Source: Haloferula sp. (GTDB taxonomy: Bacteria; Verrucomicrobiota; Verrucomicrobiia; Verrucomicrobiales; Akkermansiaceae). From it: a stretch of DNA of 64,000 bases. Where the stretch lies: positions 60,207 to 124,206 of the forward strand of contig JBIPNO010000006.1 in assembly GCA_044372775.1 (NCBI GenBank), in the 5' to 3' direction. Below are positions 24,814 to 34,839 of this stretch, piece by piece (positions within the stretch are counted from its first letter, which is position 1; each line of letters starts with the position of its first letter). The notes beneath the pieces were generated by a model. It did no database searches. It was not told where the DNA came from and saw only the letters and a program-made list of their open reading frames with translations. The translations under genes and the position numbers were made by a program.

Positions 24814-27567
24814 ATGCGCGTCCCCGTTCTGCTGCTCGCCCTGCTTTCCTGCGTCACCGCGGAGGAGAAGCACTGGGCCTACGTGCCGCCGGCGAAAGCG
24901 GAAACGGCCGGTCATCCGGTGGACGCGCTGCTCGATTCCGCCTGGAAGCAGGCGAAGCTCGTGCCGGCCGATCTTTCCGCCCCGCGGCAGTGGCTGGAAC
25001 GCGCGGCCTTCACGCTGACCGGGCTGCCGCCGTCGGACGAGCAATTGCGGCGGATCGAGGGCAGCCCGGACGAGGGCACCTGGAAAGCGCTGGTCGACGA
25101 GCTGCTGGCCAGCCCGGCGTATGGCGAACGCTGGGCGCGGCACTGGATGGACGTGGCGCGCTATGCCGACACCCGCGGCTACCATTTCGACCAGGACAAC
25201 CGCTACCCCTTTGCCTACACCTACCGCGACTGGCTGATCCAGGCCTTCAATGCGGACCTGCCCTACGACCGCTTCGTGAAGCTCCAGGTCGCGGCGGACC
25301 AGCTGGTCGACCGGCCGGATCATCCGGACCTCGCGGCGCTCGGCTTCCTCACCGTCGGCCTGCGCGGCGGGCCGGTGGAAACGATCGACGACCGGGTGGA
25401 CGTGGTGACCCGCGGCTTCCTTTCCAGCACCGTCTCCTGCGCCCGCTGCCACGATCACAAGACGGATCCGATTTCGACCAAGGACTACTATTCCCTCTAC
25501 TCGATCTTCGACCACACGGTGGAGCCCGAGGACAAGCCGGTGATCGGCAAGCCGGCCGACGAGGCGGCATTCCAAGCCTATCAGGCCGAGGTCGCGAAGC
25601 TGGACGAAGCCGATCGCGCGGCGCGCCAGCAACTCGTCGATCACCTGCGCTCGAAGGAGGCTCTTCCCAATTACCTCGAGCTCGCCTGGCGGGCGCGGAA
25701 AGACAACTGGGACCAGCGGCAGGCGACCAGCGAAGGCTTCAAGCGCGGACGGCTGCGGCCGAACGCGCTGATGCGCTGGAAGGACTTCCTCAACGAGCAC
25801 GCCGGAGTGGAGCGGGTGAAACGCTGGCTCGGCGAGATGGACTCGGCGGCCGATGATGCGGCGCGTTCGGGCCTGTGCGCCGCGCTGGCGGCCGAATGGA
25901 CCACGGCGGCGGAGGGCAGCGAGCTCGCCTTGCTTTCGGCGAAAGGCGGCTGCCCGCTGAACTACGGGGTCGACCGCGTCCACGAGTTCATGGACGTGGA
26001 GGACGGCAACCAGAACCGCCAGCGGCTCAGCGCGATGAGCAAGCTGATGGCCGAGCACGCCGGCTCACCGCCGCGGGCGATGAGCCTGCATGACAAGGCG
26101 CAGTGGGGAAAAGCGGTGGTGTTCGAGCGCGGCAATCCGGCGGCGCGCGGCGAAACCTTCGACCGCCATTGGTTGTCTTTCCTCGGCGGCGGCAGCTTTG
26201 AAGAAGGCAAGAGCCCGCGGCTCTCGCTGGCGGAAAAGATCGCCGCTCCCGCCAACCCGCTGACCGCCCGGGTGATCGTCAACCGCGTGTGGGCCTGGCA
26301 TTTCGGTGCGCCGCTGGTGGATCCGGGCGACTTCGGGCCGCAGACGCCGCGGCCACCCTTGCTGCCGCTGCTCGATACGCTGGCGGTCGCGTTTCAGGAG
26401 AAAGGCGGATCGCTGAAGGAGTTGCACCGTCTGCTGCTCACTTCCCAAGCGTTCCGGCTCGCCGCCGAAGGGGCGGAGGGGAACGATGCGATCGATCAGG
26501 CCAACACGATGTTCTGGAAGTGGAACCGCCGGAGGCTCGACTTCGAGTCGATGCGCGACCGCGTGCTGGCCGGCGGCGGCGCGCTCGACGCCCGCACGAC
26601 CGGCGGCCGCTCGGTGCGGCTGGAAGAGCCCTCGTCGGACGCGCGGCGGAGCGTGTATGCCTTCGTCGACCGCTACGCCCTGCCCGGCACTTTCGTCTCG
26701 TTCGACTTGCCGCATCCGGACCATCACAGCGCGAAGCGGGTCGAAACGACGGTGCCCCAGCAGGCGCTGTATTTCCTCAACGGTCCGCTGGTCCTGCGGC
26801 AGGCGTCCCGTCTGGCCGGTGATCCGGCGTTCCGCGGACTGCCGGACGACCGGGCGCGGACCCACTGGATCTATCAGAAGCTCTTCCGCCGTGCGCCGTC
26901 GGACGAGGAAGCGCTGGCCGTGCTGGACTGGATCGGCAGCGCCCAGTCGGCCGACTACGCGCCAGCGTTGCGCGGTCATTGGGAAGTCCTGCACGGCCCC
27001 GACGAAGGCAAGCCGTCCACCGCCCTCAGCCCCTTCCCGGTGTTCGCCGACAACGTGTGGAAGATCACGGCCGATCCCGCGACCTCGCCGATCCGATGGC
27101 TCAACGTCGGGCCCGGCGGCGGCCATGCCTCGGCGCGGCACACGATGGTGCTGCGCTGGCGCTCCCACGGGGCCGGCCAGGTGCGGATGGCGGGCCAACT
27201 GACCCGCACCCAGAAGGGCGGCAACGTCCTCGCGTGGCGGATCGACGGCAAGGGCGCGCCGCTCGCCGAAGCCCGGCTTTCGCCGGATGCCTCGGCCGAC
27301 ATCGCAGGAACCTGGATCGACGTGGCGCCGGGAGATACGATGGATTTCGTACTTCGCGCGCCCGACGGCGATGCCTGCGGCAACGTCGCCTGGAACCTCC
27401 GGATCGAGGGCCGCGAAAGCGAGGCGGGTCCGGTGACGGAGGTCGGCGAGTTCACGCGCGAGTTTCCCACTTCGAACGATCCCGTGCCGGCCGCGGTCGC
27501 CGCCGATCCCTGGGCCGATCTGATCCAGATGCTCTGGGCCTCCAACGAGTTCCACTTTGTCGACTGA
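24814..27567 (+). CDS. DUF1549/DUF1553 (PSD1) planctomycete-type protein
   Basis: HWAYVPP, RAAFTLTGLPPS, YGERWARHWMDVARYADT, CARCHDHK, NPLTARVIVNRVWAWHFG, RRLDFESMRD, QQALYFLN, SNEFHFVD. Confidence 0.9.
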   Translation: MRVPVLLLALLSCVTAEEKHWAYVPPAKAETAGHPVDALLDSAWKQAKLVPADLSAPRQWLERAAFTLTGLPPSDEQLRRIEGSPDEGTWKALVDELLASPAYGERWARHWMDVARYADTRGYHFDQDNRYPFAYTYRDWLIQAFNADLPYDRFVKLQVAADQLVDRPDHPDLAALGFLTVGLRGGPVETIDDRVDVVTRGFLSSTVSCARCHDHKTDPISTKDYYSLYSIFDHTVEPEDKPVIGKPADEAAFQAYQAEVAKLDEADRAARQQLVDHLRSKEALPNYLELAWRARKDNWDQRQATSEGFKRGRLRPNALMRWKDFLNEHAGVERVKRWLGEMDSAADDAARSGLCAALAAEWTTAAEGSELALLSAKGGCPLNYGVDRVHEFMDVEDGNQNRQRLSAMSKLMAEHAGSPPRAMSLHDKAQWGKAVVFERGNPAARGETFDRHWLSFLGGGSFEEGKSPRLSLAEKIAAPANPLTARVIVNRVWAWHFGAPLVDPGDFGPQTPRPPLLPLLDTLAVAFQEKGGSLKELHRLLLTSQAFRLAAEGAEGNDAIDQANTMFWKWNRRRLDFESMRDRVLAGGGALDARTTGGRSVRLEEPSSDARRSVYAFVDRYALPGTFVSFDLPHPDHHSAKRVETTVPQQALYFLNGPLVLRQASRLAGDPAFRGLPDDRARTHWIYQKLFRRAPSDEEALAVLDWIGSAQSADYAPALRGHWEVLHGPDEGKPSTALSPFPVFADNVWKITADPATSPIRWLNVGPGGGHASARHTMVLRWRSHGAGQVRMAGQLTRTQKGGNVLAWRIDGKGAPLAEARLSPDASADIAGTWIDVAPGDTMDFVLRAPDGDACGNVAWNLRIEGRESEAGPVTEVGEFTREFPTSNDPVPAAVAADPWADLIQMLWASNEFHFVD

Positions 27568-27571
27568 AACC

Positions 27572-28987
27572 ATGTCCCACCACCGACTCACCGCCAACGA
27601 CATCGTCCTCGACCGCCGCGACTTCCTGGAGCGCTGCGGGATGGGCTTCGGCGGGTTGGCGCTCGGAGGCCTGCTGGCGGGAAATGCCTCCGCGTCCACG
27701 GTTTCCCAGCCGCACTTCGCGCCGAAGGCCAAGCGGGTGGTGCATCTGTTCATGAACGGCGGGCCGTCGCAGGTCGACACCTTCGACCCCAAGCCGAAGC
27801 TCCAGGAGTTCCACGGCAAGACAATGCCGCTCGACGGTCTCAAGACCGAGCGCCCGACCGGGGCCGCGCTGCGTTCGCCGTTCAAGTTCCAGCGCTACGG
27901 CAAGAGCGGCCTCGAGGTCAGCGAGTTGTTCCACCACACCGCGCAGCACGCCGACGATCTCTGCGTGATCCGCTCGATGACCGCCGACGTGCCGAACCAT
28001 GAGCCGTCGCTGATGCTCATGAATTGCGGCGACGGCCGGCTGTCGCGACCCTCGATGGGTTCGTGGATCAGCTACGGACTCGGCAGCGAGAACGAGAACC
28101 TGCCGGCCTACGTTTCGCTCTGCCCCGGCGGCATGCCGATCAAGCGCGCCGAGAACTGGCGCTCGTCGTTCCTGCCCGGGAACTTCCAAGGCACCTACCT
28201 CGACAGCTCGATCGAGGACGTCAACCGGATGATCGAGAACCTCCGCAACCCCACCGCCCGGGAGGGCCGGCAGGCGCGGCAGCTCGAGTTCCTGCGCCAG
28301 GTCAACGAGCGCCACCTCGCCTCGCGCGGCCACGACCCGCAGCTCGAGGCCCGGATCCGCAGCTTCGAACTGGCCTACCGGATGCAAGGCGAGGCGACCG
28401 ATGCCTTTGACGTGAAGAAGGAGCCGCAGCACGTCCGCGACCTCTATGGCCCCGGCGCTTTCGCCCGCCAGTGCCTGATGGCCCGCCGCCTGTTAGAGCG
28501 GGGCGTCCGCTACATCCAGCTCTGGCACGGCAACGGCCAGCCTTGGGACAGCCATGACAACATCGAGGACCACCGTCGCCTGGCCAAGGAATGCGACCAG
28601 GGCATCGGCGCCTTCCTTGCCGATCTCAAGATGCGGGGTTTGCTCGACGAGACGCTGGTCCTCTGGGGCGGTGAATTCGGCCGCACCCCGGCAGTCGAGC
28701 TGCCGCAGGCGGGATCGAACCAAGGTGTGATGAAAGGCCGCGACCACAACCACTACGGCTTCACCGTCTGGATGGCCGGCGGCGGGGTGAAAGGCGGTCA
28801 CGTCCACGGCGCGACCGACGAGTTCGGCTACAAGGCGGTCGAGAAGCCGGTTCACGTCCACGATCTTCACGCGACGATGCTCCACCTGTTAGGCTTTGAT
28901 CACGAGCAGCTCACCTACCGCTATTCCGGCCGGGATTTCCGCCTGACCGACGTCCACGGCAAGGTGGTGCGCGACGTGTTGGCATGA
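27572..28987 (+). CDS. DUF1501 domain protein with Tat-like leader
   Basis: DRRDFLERCGMGFGGLAL, AKRVVHLFMNGGPSQVDTFDPKP, LERGVRYIQL, WGGEFGRTP, GRDHN, HATMLHLLG. Confidence 0.92.
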   Translation: MSHHRLTANDIVLDRRDFLERCGMGFGGLALGGLLAGNASASTVSQPHFAPKAKRVVHLFMNGGPSQVDTFDPKPKLQEFHGKTMPLDGLKTERPTGAALRSPFKFQRYGKSGLEVSELFHHTAQHADDLCVIRSMTADVPNHEPSLMLMNCGDGRLSRPSMGSWISYGLGSENENLPAYVSLCPGGMPIKRAENWRSSFLPGNFQGTYLDSSIEDVNRMIENLRNPTAREGRQARQLEFLRQVNERHLASRGHDPQLEARIRSFELAYRMQGEATDAFDVKKEPQHVRDLYGPGAFARQCLMARRLLERGVRYIQLWHGNGQPWDSHDNIEDHRRLAKECDQGIGAFLADLKMRGLLDETLVLWGGEFGRTPAVELPQAGSNQGVMKGRDHNHYGFTVWMAGGGVKGGHVHGATDEFGYKAVEKPVHVHDLHATMLHLLGFDHEQLTYRYSGRDFRLTDVHGKVVRDVLA

Positions 28988-29064
28988 TCCGGGGTGGGTG
29001 ATCGGCAATCTTTGATATTTCGTTTTGACGTAATACTGCGGTCTTCGTAGCGTAAGCGGGTCCC

Positions 29065-29718
29065 ATGAAGTGCCCCCGCTGCGTGCAAGTGATCCACCGA
29101 GGAGCGGGTCTGTGCCCGCACTGCGGATTCGGCATCGCGGAAATGGATGCGCGGCACGGCACGGACAATGTTTCACTGCGCCGGCTGGCCGATGTCGCCG
29201 GCCTGATGAAAAGCCGCGAGCGGACCAAGGTGCAAGCCGCGCTGGACGACTTCGCGCGGCGTTTCCCGCAGTTGTTCTTCGCGGTTTACACCGGCTCCGG
29301 CAAGGGCGGCGGGAACGTGCGTCAGTTCGGGTTCTGGCTGCTCAATCGCGCCGCCTTTGAAGACGTGCCGGTCGACCGGCCGAATGAGGCGGGCATCCTG
29401 CTGGTCATCGATGCCGAGTCGAAGTCGGCCTCGGTCACCTGGGGCTACCTGCTCGATCCCTTCCTGACCGAAGAGGACACCTTTCTCTGCCTCAGCCGGG
29501 CTCATGCGTATTGGCTCGAGGGCCGCTTCGCCGAGGGCACGGTCCGCATGATCGCCCAGCTCGGGAAGATCCTGCGCAAGCGGGCGGCCCAGGCGCGGCG
29601 GGACCCGGAGCGCTTCGAGCGCAAGGTCGCCCCGCCTCCAAAAACCGGCGAGATCGCCCGGCGGATCCGCGAGGGGCACCGGCAGGCGACTCCGAAAAGC
29701 ACGGAGGTGATGCCGTGA
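29065..29718 (+). CDS. TPM (DUF477)-like protein with an N-terminal zinc ribbon
   Basis: CPRC...CPHC then LADVAGLM, GILLVID, WGYLLDPFL, GRFAEG, the pattern of TPM domains. Confidence 0.6.
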   Translation: MKCPRCVQVIHRGAGLCPHCGFGIAEMDARHGTDNVSLRRLADVAGLMKSRERTKVQAALDDFARRFPQLFFAVYTGSGKGGGNVRQFGFWLLNRAAFEDVPVDRPNEAGILLVIDAESKSASVTWGYLLDPFLTEEDTFLCLSRAHAYWLEGRFAEGTVRMIAQLGKILRKRAAQARRDPERFERKVAPPPKTGEIARRIREGHRQATPKSTEVMP

Positions 29719-30716
29719 AGTTTCTTGCTTGGATGCTCGGTGCCGGACTGGCCGCGGGTGCCGTGGAGCCGCCGATGCCGGCTTGGCGCGATGAAGACCG
29801 GGAGGCCTTGGAGAAGGGCGAGCTGGTGCCGGGCTTGACCCTGCTCACCGAGGAAATCCCGGACGAATCCGCGGAGGAACCCGAAGTGCCCTCGCCCACC
29901 GCGGAAGAAATCGCCAACGCGGATTCATCGTCGCCGGAAGTCGCGGAGAGCTACCTGGAAGCCTACTTCGGCGCGCGTCCGGACGATTTCCTGGTTGATC
30001 CCCAGAACCTGCTCGGCAGCAAGGATGCCCGCGACCGGCAGAGCTTCCTGAAATACCACTCCGGGGATTCGGAGGTGGATCTCTTCGTTTACCTTTTCGA
30101 CGGCCATCAGGTGATCCCTTCCGAAGTCCGCGAGGAGGAAGTGGTGGAGCGCTTCTTCTCCGAAGGAAAGCCGGCGGTGGTGGTCTACTACTACCTGGGT
30201 GCGCCGGAGAAATCCGACATCTACCTCAGTCCCTTTCTCAGTGACACCGTGTCGGCCCCGGAGCAGCGGCGGGCTTTGAACTCGTCGGTCGAGGAAGCCA
30301 TGGAGAAGCCCGACGCGATGTCCCAGTTCGAGGCATTCTGCGTCCAGCTTTCGATCCGCATCTACTGGATGGAGCGCGCCGCCGGACTGGTGAAGGACGC
30401 GCCCGCCACCCCGCTGGCACGCCGGGTCGAGGCGGCGGAAACGAAGAAGGCGGAGTCGCCGGCCGTCGTCCAGGCGAAGGAATGGGGTCATCGCTACGGC
30501 GTGCCCGGCGGCATCATGGCGGGGGCCATCCTCGTCGTGGTCGGCGGGCTTTCGGTCGCCCGGCACCGCGCGCGCTATCGCTTTCCGGCCTTCGACGTCT
30601 CGCCGCGGCTGGGCGGTTCCCATGCGGCGGGGATCGGTGCGGTGATTTCTTTCGGAAGCACCACGCAGTCTCCGTCCTCCCAGAGGAACGAGGTGCCGAA
30701 CTACCTCGGACTCTAA
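29715..30716 (+). CDS. Exported/membrane hypothetical protein with a degenerate TPM-like domain
   Basis: GTG 29715 overlaps the upstream stop; signal-like KFLAWMLGAGLAAGA, LVDPQNLL segment, C-terminal TM helix GGIMAGAILVVVGGLSV. Confidence 0.6.
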   Translation: MKFLAWMLGAGLAAGAVEPPMPAWRDEDREALEKGELVPGLTLLTEEIPDESAEEPEVPSPTAEEIANADSSSPEVAESYLEAYFGARPDDFLVDPQNLLGSKDARDRQSFLKYHSGDSEVDLFVYLFDGHQVIPSEVREEEVVERFFSEGKPAVVVYYYLGAPEKSDIYLSPFLSDTVSAPEQRRALNSSVEEAMEKPDAMSQFEAFCVQLSIRIYWMERAAGLVKDAPATPLARRVEAAETKKAESPAVVQAKEWGHRYGVPGGIMAGAILVVVGGLSVARHRARYRFPAFDVSPRLGGSHAAGIGAVISFGSTTQSPSSQRNEVPNYLGL

Positions 30717-30721
30717 TTGCG

Positions 30722-31360
30722 ATGACCGACTGGGACGACCTCTGGCAGAAAGAACAAACACCCTGGGACAAGGGCTACCCTGCACCGCCGTTGACGGAAT
30801 ATCTCGACGGCATCGGCGAGGAACTCCTCCGGGCGCGGCGGGTGCTGGTGCCGGGCTGCGGCAGCGGCCACGATGTCCGGGAGCTGGCGCGCCGCGGCGT
30901 CGGGGCGACCGGGCTCGATCTTTCGGAGACCGCCATCGAGCGCGCCCGGGCCCACCCGCCGGCCGGCCGGGAGGACTACATCTGCGGCAGCCTGTTCGAC
31001 GCGGAATGGCGGATCGGCCGGGAGTTCGACGCGGTCTGGGAGCACACCTGCTTTTGCGCGATCCATCCATCGCTCCGCCCGGCCTATGCCCGCGCCCTGT
31101 CCGAGATTCTGCTGCCGGGCGGGCACCTCGTCGGTTTGTTTTTCCTGACGCCATGGGATCCGGGCGAGGAGGCGCAGGGGCCGCCTTTCGAGTCCACCCG
31201 CGAGGAAATCGTGGAGCTGCTGGCGCCGTGGTTCGAGTTGCGGAAAGACCGGGTGCCGGGCCAGGCGTATCCCGGTCGCGAAGGGCGGGAGTGGCTCACG
31301 GTCTTCGAGCGCCGCAATCGCCCCAACCCGGGTGTTGCGGAATCGTTTCCGCCTGCCTAG
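30722..31360 (+). CDS. Thiopurine/thiol S-methyltransferase family SAM-dependent methyltransferase
   Basis: DWDDLWQKEQTPWDKG, VLVPGCGSGHDV, FDAVWEHTCFCAIHP, GPPF. Confidence 0.85.
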   Translation: MTDWDDLWQKEQTPWDKGYPAPPLTEYLDGIGEELLRARRVLVPGCGSGHDVRELARRGVGATGLDLSETAIERARAHPPAGREDYICGSLFDAEWRIGREFDAVWEHTCFCAIHPSLRPAYARALSEILLPGGHLVGLFFLTPWDPGEEAQGPPFESTREEIVELLAPWFELRKDRVPGQAYPGREGREWLTVFERRNRPNPGVAESFPPA

Positions 31361-31380
31361 ACTATGATGTGATCACCCGC

Positions 31381-32373
31381 ATGAGGGAATTTCCCACCGC
31401 CGCGTTCGCCGGAGTTCTGGCGTCCCTGTTTGCCTTTCCGCTCCAAGCGGACGTCGCCCGGCCCACGGTGAACGACAAAAAGGCCCCGGAAGGCCGGCAC
31501 GACCTCGAGGTCATCCAGAAGCACCTCGTCGATGCCTTGCCCGCCAGCCGCAAGGCCACGGTGTGCATCGACCTCGGCGAGGGCTCCGGCAGCGGCGTGG
31601 TGATTTCGCCCGACGGCCTGATCCTGACCGCCGCGCACGTGACCGGCGGTGTCGGCAAGGAGTTCACGGTGATTTTCGAAGACGGCAAGAAGGTCAAGGC
31701 CGAGTCGCTCGGGCTCGTGGCATCGAGCGATTGCGCGATGGCGAAGATCACCGAGGAAGGTACTTGGCCGTATGTCGAAGTCGACCGCGGCGACACGTCC
31801 AAACTCGGCGACTGGGTCTATTCGCTCGGCCATTCCGGCGGCTTCGACAAGGAACGCGGTGTCAACGTCCGGCTCGGCCGGCTGGTGCAGGTCAAGGACG
31901 ACACGGTGCAGTCGGACTGCTCGCTGATCGGCGGCGATTCCGGCGGCCCGCTGTTCGACCTGACCGGCAAGCTGATCGGCATCCATTCCCGGGTCGACGG
32001 CAGCCTCCAGGTCAACATGCACGTGCCGGTCCGCGAGTTTGTCAAGAACTGGGACGGCATGCTGAAGAGCGAGTTTATCGGCGAAGGCCCTTTTGCGAAA
32101 AAGCCGGAGAAGGGCAAGGGCTTCCTCGGGATCGGCACCGGCCCGCGTTCGGAAGGCGGGCTCAATGTCGAGAAGGTCGGTCGCGAATCGCCTGCCGAGA
32201 AGGCCGGCCTGAAGAAGGGCGACGTGCTCCTCAAAATGGACGGCACCGAGCTCACCACCAAGGAACAGTTCCAGGACTTGCTGAAGGAAAAGGCCCCCGA
32301 CGACCGGGTGGCGCTGGAACTGCTCCGCAACGGCAAGACCGAAACCCTCACCCTGCGACTCGGTGAACGCTAA
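31381..32373 (+). CDS. Trypsin-like S1C serine protease with a C-terminal PDZ domain, intact triad
   Basis: Signal peptide, GSGSGVVIS, LTAAHV (His), SDCAM (Asp), GGDSGGPLF (Ser), SPAEKAGLKKGDVL (PDZ). Confidence 0.9.
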   Translation: MREFPTAAFAGVLASLFAFPLQADVARPTVNDKKAPEGRHDLEVIQKHLVDALPASRKATVCIDLGEGSGSGVVISPDGLILTAAHVTGGVGKEFTVIFEDGKKVKAESLGLVASSDCAMAKITEEGTWPYVEVDRGDTSKLGDWVYSLGHSGGFDKERGVNVRLGRLVQVKDDTVQSDCSLIGGDSGGPLFDLTGKLIGIHSRVDGSLQVNMHVPVREFVKNWDGMLKSEFIGEGPFAKKPEKGKGFLGIGTGPRSEGGLNVEKVGRESPAEKAGLKKGDVLLKMDGTELTTKEQFQDLLKEKAPDDRVALELLRNGKTETLTLRLGER

Positions 32374-33370
32374 GCGATCCATTTCATCCGCCCTTTTGCT
32401 GCTGGCCTCCACCGGCATGCTCCCGGCCGCCCAGACCCTCGAGGCGACCTACCGCACGACCGGTCCCGCCGTCCATGCCTCCTTCGAGTCCGTCCGCGGC
32501 GTGTTGCAGACCAGCAGCGCCGTGATCCAGCGCGGCCGCAAGGAGATCGTCTACGGCACGGTGGTTTCCGCCGACGGCCACATCCTGACCAAGGCCAGCG
32601 AACTCGGCGACCTTGAGGGCCTCAGCATCACCGTCGGCGACAAGATCTACGAACGGCCGGTCAAGCTGGCGGAAGATCCCGCGTGGGACATCGCGCTTCT
32701 CAAGATCGACGCCACCGGCCTGGTCCCGGTCTCGCTGGCTTCCGACGCCGCGGACCCGGAGCGCGGCCACTGGGTGGTGGCCAACGGGGCGACCAGCAAG
32801 ACCCGCCGGCGCACCCAGATCGGCATCATTTCCGCCACCGCCCGGGAGATCGAACCCGCGGGCGGCGCGGTGCTTGGGGTCACGCTCGAGGAGAAATCGA
32901 AGAAGCTCATGGTCACCGAGATCCACGAGAAGAGCGGGGCGGAGGCGGCCGGCATGAAAGTCGGCGACCGCATTCTCGCCGCCGGCGGCGAGACGGTCGA
33001 GGACCGCGAGGCCCTCGGCAAAGTGGTCAAGAAACTCCGGGTCGGCGACGACCTTGATCTGACGGTCGAGCGCAAGGGCGAGAAGCTGGATCTCAAGGTG
33101 CGGCTCGCCGGACGGGTGGACCTTTTCGGCGAGGAGATGACCCGCAACGACATGATGAGCGGCCGCGTTTCCAAGCGCCGCAGCGGATTCCCGCGGGTCA
33201 TCCAGCACGACGTCATCGGCAACGCCAGCACCATGGGCGGACCCCTACTTGACCTCGACGGCCGCTGCCTCGGGATGAACATCGCACGCGCCACCCGCTG
33301 CGAGACCTTTGCGATTCCGGCGGCCGATCTCAAAGTCCTAGCGGACCGGATGATCTCGCAGGCGCCGTGA
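32363..33370 (+). CDS. S1-fold protein with an internal PDZ domain, catalytic His and Ser lost
   Basis: ILTKASE in place of TAAH, DIALLKI, PDZ (SGAEAAGMKVGDRI), then NASTMGGPLL in place of GDSGGP. Confidence 0.75.
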   Translation: MNAKRSISSALLLLASTGMLPAAQTLEATYRTTGPAVHASFESVRGVLQTSSAVIQRGRKEIVYGTVVSADGHILTKASELGDLEGLSITVGDKIYERPVKLAEDPAWDIALLKIDATGLVPVSLASDAADPERGHWVVANGATSKTRRRTQIGIISATAREIEPAGGAVLGVTLEEKSKKLMVTEIHEKSGAEAAGMKVGDRILAAGGETVEDREALGKVVKKLRVGDDLDLTVERKGEKLDLKVRLAGRVDLFGEEMTRNDMMSGRVSKRRSGFPRVIQHDVIGNASTMGGPLLDLDGRCLGMNIARATRCETFAIPAADLKVLADRMISQAP

Positions 33371-33374
33371 CGGC

Positions 33375-34790
33375 TCACCGCTCGCGGTGCTTCTTGAAAA
33401 TCGCCAGCGTCCGGTCGCGCTCGGCCGCGTGATCGACGCAGGGCAGCGGGTAGCCCGGCGCGATCGGCAGGCCGTTCTTCGGCGGATCCAGCAGTTTGAT
33501 GGCCGGCACGGACGCGAGTTCCGGCACCCAGCGCTTGGTGTAGATCCCCTGTGGATCGTAGCGTTTGGCCTGCGACCAGGGGTTCTGGATGCGGAAATAC
33601 GGCGCGGCGTCCGCCCCGGTGCCCGCGCTCCATTGCCAGCCGCCGTTGTTCGAGGCAATCTCCGCATCGATCAGGTGCTGGTGGAAAAACTGCTCGCCGA
33701 GGCGCCAGTCGATGTGCAGGTCCTTGGTCAGGAACATCGCGACGATCATCCGGACCCGGTTGTGCATGTGTCCGGTGGCCAGCAGTTCCCGGATCCCGGC
33801 GTCGACGATCGGGAAGCCGGTGCGCCCCTGCTTCCATGCCTCGAATTTTTCGTCCGGCTCCGCCCACCACAGTCCCCGCCAATCGGCGTTGAACTCCTCC
33901 TCCAGCACGTTCGGGAAATGCCAGATCAGGGCCATGTAGAATTCCCGCCAGGCGAGTTCCTTGATGAAGGTGTCGATGCCGGATCGCGCGCTTTCGGAAG
34001 TGGCGGACTCCCGGGCCTTGATCGCCTTCGCATAGACCGTGCGGGGGGAAAGCAGGCCGAAGCGCAGGTCCTGCGAAAGACGAGAGGTGCCGGACTCGGC
34101 CGGGAAATCGCGCTTCAATCCGTAGTTCTGGACCTTGCCGCCGATCGCCGTTTTCAGGCGTTCGTGGGCCGCCCGTTCGCCGGCCTCCACCAGGTCGGCG
34201 TCCGTCTCCGGCAGCCCCCAGTGGCTGTTGTCCGGCAGCGGCAGCGATGAAACGTCGGCCGGAGTATGCAGCGGGCCGGGCTTGGGAAGGGGCAGGGGCT
34301 TTTCCAGCGAAAGCCAATTCCGGCTGTAGGGCGTGTAAACCCGGTAGGGCCTGCCGTCCTGGGTCAGAGCTTCGCCTGCGCCATGCAGGGTGACGTCGTG
34401 GAAGCCGTGGCAGGCGATCCCGAGTCGCTTCGCCATCGCCTCGACCTTCGCCTCCATCGCCCGGCCGAAGGGATCGGGGTCCCGGTTGAAGTAGAGCGCG
34501 TCGGCCCCGCTCTCGGTGATCAAGCGCTCGAGCTCTTGGTCGGCCGCGCCGGACCGGATCACCAGCCTGCCTTCCAGCGTCTCCAGATTGCGGTCCAGCG
34601 AAGCGAGGCAGCGGCACAAGAAGGCCTGCCGCTTCGGCCCGGTCCAGAGGTGGGATCCTTTCCAATCGCTGACCACGTAAACCGGCAGCACCGACGCCGA
34701 TGCGGCCGCGGCGGCATGCAGCGCGCTGTTGTCGAGAATCCGCAGGTCGCGGCGGAACCAGTGGATCGCAAGTCGGGCAGGGGAAGGCAT
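33375..34790 (-). CDS. phr: Class I deoxyribodipyrimidine photolyase (alternative start 34808)
   Basis: WFRRDLRILDN, TSRLSQDLRFG, ELAWREFY, GRTGFPIVDAGIREL, MHNRVRM, NNGGWQWSAGTG, YFRIQNP. Confidence 0.92.
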   Translation of the reverse strand: MPSPARLAIHWFRRDLRILDNSALHAAAAASASVLPVYVVSDWKGSHLWTGPKRQAFLCRCLASLDRNLETLEGRLVIRSGAADQELERLITESGADALYFNRDPDPFGRAMEAKVEAMAKRLGIACHGFHDVTLHGAGEALTQDGRPYRVYTPYSRNWLSLEKPLPLPKPGPLHTPADVSSLPLPDNSHWGLPETDADLVEAGERAAHERLKTAIGGKVQNYGLKRDFPAESGTSRLSQDLRFGLLSPRTVYAKAIKARESATSESARSGIDTFIKELAWREFYMALIWHFPNVLEEEFNADWRGLWWAEPDEKFEAWKQGRTGFPIVDAGIRELLATGHMHNRVRMIVAMFLTKDLHIDWRLGEQFFHQHLIDAEIASNNGGWQWSAGTGADAAPYFRIQNPWSQAKRYDPQGIYTKRWVPELASVPAIKLLDPPKNGLPIAPGYPLPCVDHAAERDRTLAIFKKHRER

Positions 34791-34839
34791 TTCCCCTACC
34801 AACGCCATCCGCGGACACCGCGCAAGCCGGGTGACGCGA

